Source: Pseudomonadota bacterium
GTDB taxonomy: Bacteria > Myxococcota_A > UBA9042 > GCA-2863065
NCBI GenBank assembly: GCA_947498315.1
Contig: CANMLD010000003.1
Coordinates: 429-64,428 of the forward strand
DNA length: 64,000 nt
Direction: 5' to 3'
Of this stretch, positions 8,975 through 17,603 are shown one piece after another. A program made the position numbers and the translations under genes. Under the pieces are notes generated by a model. It had not been told where the DNA came from. It did not search any database and worked only from the letters and a program-made list of their open reading frames with translations. The number at the start of each line of letters is the position of its first letter. Within the stretch, counting starts at the first letter, position 1.

Positions 8975-11900
8975 TTAGTTCGCTCCTTCCGCTTTCTTGA
9001 CGGGGCGTAGCATGTCCACCGCGGTGTTGCCGCGCTTGAGGAAGCGCACGATGTTGCCCGAGAGCAGAGTGTCTTGCGTGTGCTCCGCGGTCAGCTGCTT
9101 GTTCAGCGGGCTGTCGCCGGCGACGGGGAAGCTGTCCGGGTCCTTCTTGTGGGTGTAGATGCCGGCATCCTTCGCGCACTGGTTATAGACCCCCTTCTCG
9201 TGAGCGACCATGAGCGCGCCCTTGAGGAGGATGAGCGCCTTCTCGTTGATCGGGTCCGCGAAAGTCTGGAGCGCCGCACGGTACTGGGTCTCGCCGTCGG
9301 TTCCGAGGAGCACGTCGGGGATGGGCACCGAGTCGAGCTCCTCCACGAACTTGTAGTAGAGGAGTCCGTTGCGGAAGGCCGCGCAGCCGAGCCAGTAGGC
9401 CGAGCCCATGTTGAACACGCCGTCGAAGGACGCCTCCGCTCGCTGGTGGAGCTCGGCTTTCTTCTTCAGCGCCTCCATGAGCGCGTTGATGTTCATCGTC
9501 GCCGGGATACGCGCGTCGTCGAAATCCTGGAAGGTGTAGTCGGCGGCCCAGTAGGCAGCCTGCGCGGCGTACTCCTGAGCGAAGCCACGGTTCTCGGGGT
9601 TTGGGTCGTTCTTGCCGTTATTGGCGTACTCGTTCACCGCTTTGGTGAAGTAGTCCGTGGCCTTCTTGCGGCTGGTGTAGACCTTCTTGGTCGGCGCACC
9701 GACGGCGTTCTTGGCGTTCTTCGCGACCTGCTCCTTCTCATCGAGAGCGCGGAGGATGTCACCGGCGCGCGACCAGCCCTGGACCTTGAGGCCGGCTTCA
9801 CCCGAGTACTTCGCGGCGAACGCGTCGTAGTGGGTGACCGCCTTTTTGAGCGACTTCTCGTCGGCCATCTTCTCGAGCAGGTTGCCGATCTTGAAGAAGG
9901 CGTTCGGGGCACGTTCGTGCTTCGGGTAGACCTTGAGGAACTTCTCGAGCGCCGCGATGGCCCCGGCGTGATCGTTGGTCGCTTCGCGAATGAGCGAGGC
10001 GTTGATCATGGCGTCCGGCGTGTCCTTGGCGTCCTTGAACTTCTCCATCTGGAGGAAGGCGTCAGCCGACTCTGCGAAGCGCGTCTGCGACTCGTAAAGC
10101 ACGCCGATCTGGAACTGCGCTTCCGGCGCGACCGACTGGCCCTTGAAGTTCTTCACAATAGACTCGTAGGTCGCGACGGCTTCCTTGGTGCGCTTGGCAC
10201 GCTCGTACAGGAATGCGAGGTTGTAGGTGGCCTTGGCGACCATCTCGCGATCCTTCGACTTGCCGAACTCGGCGACGAGCTGCTTCAGACGGCCGATGGC
10301 GTCTTCCACGCGTTTGGCCTTCATGAGCGCGACCGCGTCCTCGTTGATGGCGATGGCGATGTAGGTGCTGGCCTGCTCGTCCGTGATGAACGGGTTCTTA
10401 GTCGCCTTGAGCTTGCGGGCCCACTCTTCGACCTTGTCCCAACGAGCGAGCTTCGAGTAGGCCTCCATGATGGTGACGGCCGCGACCGTCGCCAGCTTGT
10501 GCCTCGAGTCGTACTCGAAGATCTTCTGGAGACGTTGAACGGCCTCGGCGAACTGGCCATGCTTGTAGTAGGTGTCGGCGGCCAGATACATGACCTCCGG
10601 GATCTGCTCGCCGCGCTTCGGATACTTCTTGATGAAGGCCGCGTCCTTGCGGAGCTCGAGGAGCAGGTTGACGTAGCTGTCGGCGGCGTCGACGTAGGCG
10701 CGCTCGAGTGGGTGCAAGTCCGACTTTTGGATGGTCTCGCTCATCGAGGCCTTCCATTCGTCTTCGCTCAGCTTCTTCTTCTCGATCGAGCCGGTGCCCC
10801 CCTTGCCGCCATCAACGCACTCGCGGACGCCCTGCTTACACATCTCTTCGTACGACGCGTAGATGATTCCTAGCGCGGCGTCTTCGACGAACTGACCCTT
10901 CTTGTCGCGCTTGATGACCTCTTGGTACGACTTGATGGCGCCCGCGTAGTCCTTCAGCATCCCGTATTGGATTTCGCCGAGGTTGAAGTTGATGACGTAG
11001 GCCTTCTCGCTGTCCGGGAAACGCGACAGGAACTGCGCATAGTCGCCCGCAGCCTTCTCGTAGAGGTCTTTTGCCAGGCCTGCGTTCTTTTTGTCGTCCG
11101 CTTTCTGGCCCGACTCGTGCCAACCGACGGACATCGACGCCATCTCGTTCTCGGTGAGCGTGTTGGCTTCAGCGACGGCCTCGGTGTTGGCATTGTTGGT
11201 CGACATCCACGACCCATCCGGCTGGAAGTAGGCCCACGCGCGACGCACCTCCTTCTCGGTCTCTGCGGCGTCGTTGACCTTGCGACGCACTTCGAGGAGG
11301 CGCGCGAACCATTGCGCCGCCTTCGCGTTCGACGGGCGGGTCTCGAGGAAGTGATTGAAGAGCTCGGTCGCTTCCTTGTCCTTGTCGAAGCCGATGTAGA
11401 GGTCAGCGAGCTTCTCCATCTTCTCCCAGACGGGATCGCCCTTGGTAAGGACGCGCTCGAAGTATTCGAGCGCTTCGCGCCAGGAGTCATCCATCTCGGC
11501 CCACGTCTTCACGAGGTCATCGAGAGCCTGATCGCGGAAGCTGATTTGGCCGGAGGCGGTCCCGATGTTCTCGACGACCTTCTGGAAGGTATCGATCGTC
11601 TTCCGGAACTCGCGGAGGTTGAAGTACACCCAGCCCAGCTTGTAGAGGGCGTAGTTGAGCATGGGTGAGGTCGGGAAGTTCGTGATGATCTTCTCGTAGT
11701 TCGTCTTCGCGTAATAGAGCGAGTCCGTCTCGAAGAAGTGTTCACCGAGCGCCAGGAAGGCCTTGGGTAGCTGCGGCGACTGCGGGTAGGTCTGAACCAG
11801 CTTCTGCAGGTACTGCACCGCCTCCTTGAGAAGGTTGCGGTCCTGCATCTCCTTGCCCTGCTCGAGGGCACCGCGACCGAGGTAATAGAGGATCTCGTCG

Positions 11901-12370
11901 AGGCGGGCGTAGTCGGGGAACTCCTGAATCACGCGCTTGTAGTACCCGAGCGCTGTCGCGTAGTCCTGCTTGGGTTCGACGGGCGCGATGGCAAGGCGCT
12001 TCTGCTCGAAGGCATCCGAGTCCTTGTCGAACTTGGCGCGGGTCTTCAGGTACTCGAACTTCGACTGCTCCCAGTACGACTCGGCGAGCCGGAAGTAGAT
12101 GTCTGCCTTGTTCTTGTACAGCGGCTGGTCGCGGAGCAGCTGCTCCATGCGGCCAATGTTCTGCCGCCGACCCTGGTCGATCTTCTCCATCGCGACGAGC
12201 TGCTCGGGCGTGTACGCCGAGTTCTCGAAGTCGGACAGGCTGAAGGTGGACTTCTTCAGGGGCTGGTTTTGACCGGGCGGTTCGCCGCCGCCAGGCGGGG
12301 GAGGCTCTTGGGCGAAGCTGGTGCCGGCGATGAGCAGGAACGGTAGCAGTAGGTGCAGTGGCCGACGCAT
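8975..12370 (-). CDS. Large periplasmic TPR-repeat protein (~1130 aa), GltD/NfsD (AgmU)-like by size, composition and gene order
   Basis: Start ATG at 12370..12368 (MRRPLHLLLPFLLIAGTSFAQ signal peptide) with GAGGTG upstream. Entire length rich in TPR-like helical repeats (YY..G..Y....Y..A...F). Stop at 8975 is 3 nt from the next gene's start. Confidence 0.7.
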   Translation of the reverse strand: MRRPLHLLLPFLLIAGTSFAQEPPPPGGGEPPGQNQPLKKSTFSLSDFENSAYTPEQLVAMEKIDQGRRQNIGRMEQLLRDQPLYKNKADIYFRLAESYWEQSKFEYLKTRAKFDKDSDAFEQKRLAIAPVEPKQDYATALGYYKRVIQEFPDYARLDEILYYLGRGALEQGKEMQDRNLLKEAVQYLQKLVQTYPQSPQLPKAFLALGEHFFETDSLYYAKTNYEKIITNFPTSPMLNYALYKLGWVYFNLREFRKTIDTFQKVVENIGTASGQISFRDQALDDLVKTWAEMDDSWREALEYFERVLTKGDPVWEKMEKLADLYIGFDKDKEATELFNHFLETRPSNAKAAQWFARLLEVRRKVNDAAETEKEVRRAWAYFQPDGSWMSTNNANTEAVAEANTLTENEMASMSVGWHESGQKADDKKNAGLAKDLYEKAAGDYAQFLSRFPDSEKAYVINFNLGEIQYGMLKDYAGAIKSYQEVIKRDKKGQFVEDAALGIIYASYEEMCKQGVRECVDGGKGGTGSIEKKKLSEDEWKASMSETIQKSDLHPLERAYVDAADSYVNLLLELRKDAAFIKKYPKRGEQIPEVMYLAADTYYKHGQFAEAVQRLQKIFEYDSRHKLATVAAVTIMEAYSKLARWDKVEEWARKLKATKNPFITDEQASTYIAIAINEDAVALMKAKRVEDAIGRLKQLVAEFGKSKDREMVAKATYNLAFLYERAKRTKEAVATYESIVKNFKGQSVAPEAQFQIGVLYESQTRFAESADAFLQMEKFKDAKDTPDAMINASLIREATNDHAGAIAALEKFLKVYPKHERAPNAFFKIGNLLEKMADEKSLKKAVTHYDAFAAKYSGEAGLKVQGWSRAGDILRALDEKEQVAKNAKNAVGAPTKKVYTSRKKATDYFTKAVNEYANNGKNDPNPENRGFAQEYAAQAAYWAADYTFQDFDDARIPATMNINALMEALKKKAELHQRAEASFDGVFNMGSAYWLGCAAFRNGLLYYKFVEELDSVPIPDVLLGTDGETQYRAALQTFADPINEKALILLKGALMVAHEKGVYNQCAKDAGIYTHKKDPDSFPVAGDSPLNKQLTAEHTQDTLLSGNIVRFLKRGNTAVDMLRPVKKAEGAN

Positions 12371-12513
12371 GGTTTTCACCTCATGAAGCGGGTGCTGGGG
12401 ACGCCCGACACCCGGAATCAGCACGAGCGGTGGCTCGTGAAGAGCAGTAGTTCAACGGAGTTTGGGCATGCCCAGCCTGAAGGACACACCGTGATTGTGA
12501 GGGCAGGCCGACG

Positions 12514-14361
12514 TTACTGCTTCGCGCAGCGCGAGGTCAGCTTCGAGCGGAAGCCACGGATCTCGTCGCCCCAGTACTCGCCTTCGTATTTCCACGCCAT
12601 CGAGTCACCACCAGCGATGGCTTGGCTGCCGCCCGACTCACCAACCATCTCTTCTGGCGCGGTGCCACCTTGCAGCTTCTGCATCTCGAGATCGGTGCGC
12701 TGGGTCGTGATGTCGATCTCGAGCTCCGTCTTCTTGACGGCATACTCCGCGAGCTCGGCCTCGACCTGCTTCATCAACTGCTGGACCTTGATGCCCGCTT
12801 CATTGAGGCGGCTCTGCCGCAGGGAGCCGAGCTTGGCGAGGAGGTCCGAGCCGAACTGCCCGAGCGCGGATTGCTCGCCAGTTACGTACGCCTCCTCCTT
12901 CTCGATCTGACGGACCGTTCGGTAGAGGTTGTAGAACTCCACGTTGGCGAGGACCGGGCGCACGAGTCGCTTATCGAGCTCGAAGGTGGGGGCACCTTCG
13001 ACGATGCCGACGAGCGCGTTCCAGTAGTCCTGCGGGGTGCGCAGCTCCTGAACCATCTTCTTGAGCGGGATCGACAGGGCACTGACCCGTTCGTCGAACT
13101 GCTTGATGGCTTGCTCGGCGCGTTCCACGTAACAGAGGTTGACGTAGATGGTCGCTTCGAGGATCCAGAGCTCTGGGTAGAAGTAGTGCTGGAAATATGG
13201 CGAGTGCAGCGCCTGAAAGGTGCCGAGCGCGCGCTCGTAGTCACCTTTCAGGAAGAAGGTCCAGGCGGACTCGTAGAAGGCTGTCGCCAGCTTCGGTGAG
13301 TCGGTAGGGACCTTGCGATAGTAGTAGACGGCCGCGTCGAAGTTCTCGGCCTCGTAGGCGATACGAGCGAGAGCGAGGTAGCTCAGTGTCCGGACCTCGG
13401 GGTCTACGTCGTCGAGGATCTCCGTGGCGTTGATGGCGCGCTGGAAGTTTTCAACTGCCGACTTGTACAGGTTGTTTTGCGTCTGTACGAGGCCCGTTAG
13501 GTAAAGGGCGCGAGGGTACTCGGGCGCGTCGGTGGACACGGCGGCGAAGAAATCCAGCGCCTTCGTGAAGTTGTTGTAGTCGTAAAAGAACTCGCCGAGG
13601 AAGTAGTTGAACTCGTCCTGGAAGCGGCGGCTGAAGTTCGTGACCGAGAACTCAGTGAGCTTCTCGAGGTCCGGCGGCGAGTAGTTGATCTGCTTGCGCA
13701 GCGCGCGGAGCTCCCAGAAGGCCTGCTGGAAGAAGGGCTTCTCTGGCCCTTCGAGCAAGACGTCGACGAGGTAGTTGGCCGAAGACTGAAAGAGCTCGCA
13801 CTGGTTGAGCGCGTGGGCAATGCCGTACCACGCGGTGTAGTACTCGTCGCTACCGCGCTGGTAACCACCCTGCGTGATGAAGTCGAGGAAGGTCTGGATC
13901 GCGCCCACGCAGTTCTCGCGGCGGGCGAGGTCCATGCCCTTCTTCAGGATGCCGTCGGCAAACGCTCGGCGCTGCGACTCCTCGGCCTTGGCGGCTTCGC
14001 CCGCGAGGCGCTGGGCCTCTTCGCGTTGCTTCGCTTCGAGGGCGGCCTTCTCCTCCGGCGTCATCTCTTGCACCGGCGGCGGCTCGTTCTGCGGCTTGAC
14101 TGCCGACGCTCCCCCGTAGGTCTGCGGGGTCTTGAGCATGTACTTCAAGACCTCCTCGGTTAGCCCGGCCTTCTTGAGCTCGAGGATCTCGTTCACCGTG
14201 AGGTTGAAGACGGTGCGGTCCCGATCGATAGCCTTGATCATCTCGTCGCCGGATACGCCGATGCGCGCGAGTGTAATGATCTCCTGCACCGAGATAGCCT
14301 GGGCGGGCAGGGCGGTGAGGAGCACCGAGCTGGCCGACAGGGCGATGAACATCTTTTTCAT
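12514..14361 (-). CDS. Secreted TPR-like repeat protein (615 aa), GltC/NfsC-like position
   Basis: Signal peptide MKKMFIALSASSVLLTALPAQA. Followed by a coiled-coil/Ala-Glu-rich linker and TPR-like repeats (NLYKSAVENFQRAI, YEAENFDAAVYYYRKV). Confidence 0.6.
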   Translation of the reverse strand: MKKMFIALSASSVLLTALPAQAISVQEIITLARIGVSGDEMIKAIDRDRTVFNLTVNEILELKKAGLTEEVLKYMLKTPQTYGGASAVKPQNEPPPVQEMTPEEKAALEAKQREEAQRLAGEAAKAEESQRRAFADGILKKGMDLARRENCVGAIQTFLDFITQGGYQRGSDEYYTAWYGIAHALNQCELFQSSANYLVDVLLEGPEKPFFQQAFWELRALRKQINYSPPDLEKLTEFSVTNFSRRFQDEFNYFLGEFFYDYNNFTKALDFFAAVSTDAPEYPRALYLTGLVQTQNNLYKSAVENFQRAINATEILDDVDPEVRTLSYLALARIAYEAENFDAAVYYYRKVPTDSPKLATAFYESAWTFFLKGDYERALGTFQALHSPYFQHYFYPELWILEATIYVNLCYVERAEQAIKQFDERVSALSIPLKKMVQELRTPQDYWNALVGIVEGAPTFELDKRLVRPVLANVEFYNLYRTVRQIEKEEAYVTGEQSALGQFGSDLLAKLGSLRQSRLNEAGIKVQQLMKQVEAELAEYAVKKTELEIDITTQRTDLEMQKLQGGTAPEEMVGESGGSQAIAGGDSMAWKYEGEYWGDEIRGFRSKLTSRCAKQ

Positions 14362-14481
14362 GGTCGCCTCTTCACCGTTGACCGGCGAGATGGTGGCGTT
14401 CGACCTTCAGCCGAAACGCAGGAACGGGGCACTCGGTTCAGGCGACCTGGGCTTTCGTCCAACTCGCCGCTCGGCTCAGGC

Positions 14482-15207
14482 TCAGTTGGGCTCGGGCGTC
14501 CAGAAGCCCAAGCCCAGCGTGATCTCGGCCGCGTGCGAGAGCCCGCGGCTCTCGTCTTCTGCATTACGGCCATTGTAGAACGTGTGCCGGTAGTCGAGGC
14601 GGATGGCGATGAAGTCCCATACGAAGAAGCGTACCGTGGCGCCGACGTTGCCGCCGACGTCGATACGACTCTGCTCAGTCACGGTGGCGCCTGTCTTGGC
14701 GACCTTCGTGCCGAGGACGTCGATGCCGAGTGCGATACCGAAGTCGAAGTGGGCGAGCTTGGTCGCGAACGCACCGAATTTGCCGTAGACCGGCGTCCAC
14801 ATCACGCCCGCGCCGGCTTTCCACTCGAGGGCCTGGGGGAGGTTCACTTCGTACGAGCCCGGGGCGAGGGTCGTCTCGATGAAGTCCTCTAGCTCGGAGT
14901 TGACGCCGATGAGGTAGGCGCCCGACACCTCGAGGGCGAAGTCCTCGGAGAAGTAGTAGTCGTACTTGAGGCCGACCGGGTAGTAGACGAAGAAGTCGTC
15001 GTTTGGGATGACGCCGCCGAAGATGCTTATCTCGTGACGGCCATCCTTCTGGAACAAGCGTTTGTGGATGTTCGTGATGTCCCGCTGTTCGCCCCAGTAG
15101 AGGTCGAACTCATGCTCGAGCGGGTCTTCGGCCGACGCCGCGAGCGGCAGACAGGTGAACACGGCCAGCAGCGCGGCCGCTCGGCGAATCGGCGATGACG
15201 TGAACAT
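14482..15207 (-). CDS. Outer-membrane beta-barrel protein (241 aa), GltA/GltB/NfsA/NfsB-like by class
   Basis: Internal ATG at 15207 (AAGGAGAG upstream) gives signal peptide MFTSSPIRRAAALLAVFTCLPLAASA. Alternating hydrophobic beta-strand pattern (ISIFGGVIP, FALEVSGAYLIGV, RIDVGGNVGATVRFFVWDFIAIRLDYRHTFY, AEITLGLGFWT) with aromatic-rich girdles. Confidence 0.6.
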   Translation of the reverse strand: MFTSSPIRRAAALLAVFTCLPLAASAEDPLEHEFDLYWGEQRDITNIHKRLFQKDGRHEISIFGGVIPNDDFFVYYPVGLKYDYYFSEDFALEVSGAYLIGVNSELEDFIETTLAPGSYEVNLPQALEWKAGAGVMWTPVYGKFGAFATKLAHFDFGIALGIDVLGTKVAKTGATVTEQSRIDVGGNVGATVRFFVWDFIAIRLDYRHTFYNGRNAEDESRGLSHAAEITLGLGFWTPEPN

Positions 15208-15314
15208 GGAGCGGAGCTCTCCTTGGCTTGAAGCTCGACAGAGCGGGGTCACAGTGTTTTTCGAAGCGTGTGCGGCCGTGAGGCCGTAGGTCTTTGAGTC
15301 GTTCATGAGGGCGG

Positions 15315-17072
15315 TCACGGGCAGCTACGCGGGTCGTCTGGGTCGACGCAAACTGGCTGGGTGACGCAGTCGCCTGCGCAGCATACGTTGCCGACGCCGC
15401 ACGGCGAGCCTTGGGCGGGTGCAATGCAGAGCTTCGACTCAGGGTCACAGCGGATGCCGCAGACCGCACCTGCGCCGGTGCCGCAGTCGGCATCGGCCTG
15501 ACACGGTCGGACCACGGGGAGGCGACCGTCGAGGTTCCCGTCGAAGATGAAGGGAACGATCTCGTCGGTCTTCGTGACGACGTCTTTCTTGAGCGTGAGC
15601 TGGCCTGCGAGCGCGTAGTCGTCGCCCTTGGGTGACGCCGCCGCCGACGTGACCGGGTCGGCCGTGTACTCTGAGATGCCGGTCACGACGCCCCAGTGGC
15701 CGGACAGGCTGTAGCGGAGCCGGGTCATGGCTTCGGTCATGACCTCGGCTCGCTCCGAGCTCAGTCGGTTCGAGTTGATGAAGGTGTAGTTGCCGCCCGT
15801 CAGGCAGGCGAGCTGCTGCATTCGGGCGTCGTGCTCCGGGTAGCCGGGCGACTGGAAGTGCACGAAGGAGAGGTGCAGGTCGTTCGGTTGCTGATTGGCG
15901 CGGCGCTCGGCGATGTACGCCTCCACCTTCGTGCGAAGCGCGTTGAAGGAGACCGCGCTCGCACAGGGAGACTGTGCCGTCGGGCCTTCGCCTGCGCCGT
16001 TATTCGTGAAGCAGTGCTGGAAGTCGGTGCTCTCTGCAGTGCAGGTGTCGGTGCCGTCCGTTACGACGACGATGTGTCTCGCCACTTCGCCCTGCAGCTT
16101 CATGTAGTCGAAGCCGAGGTCGAGTGCGCTCCAGAGGTTGCTTCGACCGACACCACGGCTACCCAAGACCTGGTCCGAGAGCTGGTCGATGTAGAAGTCG
16201 TCGTCTACGAGACCGCCGAAGAACTTCTCGCGGCGAGTCGTGTAGCACTCCTTGCCCTTCTGCTCTTCCGTTGCCGCCGGTGCGTCCGCGTCGCACACGA
16301 TCTTGACGCCGACGTCTTCGTTGAACTGGAAGACGATGCTGCGGTCGTTGGAGTTCAAATCCTTGAGCAGCGTCTTGGCCGCCTGAAGTCGGAGCTCTTC
16401 GCTGTCGGACGCGCAATCCTGGAGCGACGCGGCGTCATAGGCGTCAGGCTTCCCTTCGATGCACGTCGGGCGAAGCGCGCCGGCAGGCACAAGTCCATCA
16501 CCGGCACCCAGAGTGGAGCCGCTCTGATCGACGAGGATGGCGACACCAATCGAGGTCCCGCGCGGCTCGCCGTTGACACGGTCGACGTAGACGAGACCGG
16601 ATGCGTCGACCGTATCCGAGGGGTCGGAACCCGCGCAGTTGCCGCCCTGATCGCCGCCCGAGTGCGACGAAATACAGTTCACGGAGAGGTCGAAGTCCTC
16701 CACGTTGACGGTGGAGCCAATGATGATCTGCTTGTCATCGACGACGTCGAGCCCTTCGCGGATCTGGCGGTCCCGGTCGACGAAGCCGTCATCGCGAGGC
16801 TTGCGCGCCGTCGATATCAGGTTGAAGTCGACGCGGACGTGAGTCGCGTCTCCACCACAAGCTGGTTCGAAGAGAGTCCCGCCCGCCTTCGTCGTCACCT
16901 TCTTCACGGGTGTTGCGCCGAGGACCTGGATGTTGTCGAAGCTGACGCGATTCGGGATGAACTGAGCGTTGTTGTCGCATGACGCGCCCAGAGCGGTGAA
17001 GGCCGCTCCAGCCATCAGGGCTCGGACGCCCTGCGCCCGGATGCGATCTCGGCTGCGTAGAAAGGGGAACAT
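15315..17072 (-). CDS. Lipoprotein with von Willebrand factor A domain and C-terminal Cys-rich module (586 aa)
   Basis: ATG at 17072 (GGAGG ~13 nt upstream) gives MFPFLRSRDRIRAQGVRALMAGAAFTALGASC (lipobox). MIDAS-type motif ILVDQSGST. C-terminal CQADADCGTGAGAVCGIRCDPESKLCIAPAQGSPCGVGNVCCAGDCVTQPVCVDPDDPRSCP. First gene of the minus-strand cluster. Confidence 0.6.
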   Translation of the reverse strand: MFPFLRSRDRIRAQGVRALMAGAAFTALGASCDNNAQFIPNRVSFDNIQVLGATPVKKVTTKAGGTLFEPACGGDATHVRVDFNLISTARKPRDDGFVDRDRQIREGLDVVDDKQIIIGSTVNVEDFDLSVNCISSHSGGDQGGNCAGSDPSDTVDASGLVYVDRVNGEPRGTSIGVAILVDQSGSTLGAGDGLVPAGALRPTCIEGKPDAYDAASLQDCASDSEELRLQAAKTLLKDLNSNDRSIVFQFNEDVGVKIVCDADAPAATEEQKGKECYTTRREKFFGGLVDDDFYIDQLSDQVLGSRGVGRSNLWSALDLGFDYMKLQGEVARHIVVVTDGTDTCTAESTDFQHCFTNNGAGEGPTAQSPCASAVSFNALRTKVEAYIAERRANQQPNDLHLSFVHFQSPGYPEHDARMQQLACLTGGNYTFINSNRLSSERAEVMTEAMTRLRYSLSGHWGVVTGISEYTADPVTSAAASPKGDDYALAGQLTLKKDVVTKTDEIVPFIFDGNLDGRLPVVRPCQADADCGTGAGAVCGIRCDPESKLCIAPAQGSPCGVGNVCCAGDCVTQPVCVDPDDPRSCP

Positions 17073-17220
17073 CGACGAAGGAGCCTCCGGGTGATTGGCC
17101 CAGTCGCCGGGGCGACGAGCCGGCGTATCTTGGTTGACACGAGGCTGACCCGTCAACCCCTGACTCGAACAGGCTTTCGAAAGCTCGTCGCTTTCCCGGA
17201 TCGAGTGGGCCCAGGAGGTT

Positions 17221-17422
17221 GCTGCTTTTGTGCCGTCGCTGGCCTTCGCGCTGCCACACGGGAGCGGCGTCAGCTGTCTGCGACACGTCCTCACGTACCT
17301 TTTGGTACGCTCCGTGCGTCTCCCCCTCGGGGGCGCGGTGGTTTCCCCCGCCGGCACGCGCAGGAACAGCCTTCCTTGCTCCCGGACGACATCGCTTCGG
17401 CCGGCTGGGTCCAAAAATTAGC
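17221..17422 (+). repeat. Copy A of a ~200-bp interspersed intergenic repeat with imperfect terminal inverted repeats (MITE-like or structured RNA candidate)
   Basis: Aligns over its whole length with 27780..27982 at roughly four-fifths identity by eye. Ends gctgcttttg... / ...ccaaaaattagc. GC-rich internal hairpins (ccccctcggggg). Sits in the divergent region between 17072 and 17604. Confidence 0.6.
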
Positions 17423-17603
17423 ACCCTTTTAGCTTGCGGGCGGATTCGTTCGTGCCAGTTCGGAATTGCTGGCGCTTTCGGGCGCTTCATCGTTGACCTT
17501 GCCGCCTCGACCTCTGTAGGGTATGGGCTCTTGCCCGCGGCACCTGGTGGCCCCGGACATCCACTCCGCTTTTCTTGGCGAGGCACCAGTGAGGAGGTTC
17601 TTG

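Noticed and set aside
9074-10873. 599-aa plus-strand ORF (and other long plus-strand ORFs between 7406 and 14163)
   Set aside because: Antisense to the TPR genes. Arg/Leu/Val/Gly-rich composition with no motifs. The minus-strand genes have clear signal peptides, RBSs and TPR periodicity.
17073-17220. Candidate promoter/operator (TTGACacgaggctgacccGTCAA inverted repeat) upstream of the Glt/Nfs-like operon
   Set aside because: It has -35-like hexamers but no convincing -10, and no sigma54 GG-N10-GC match by eye. The evidence is too weak to annotate.
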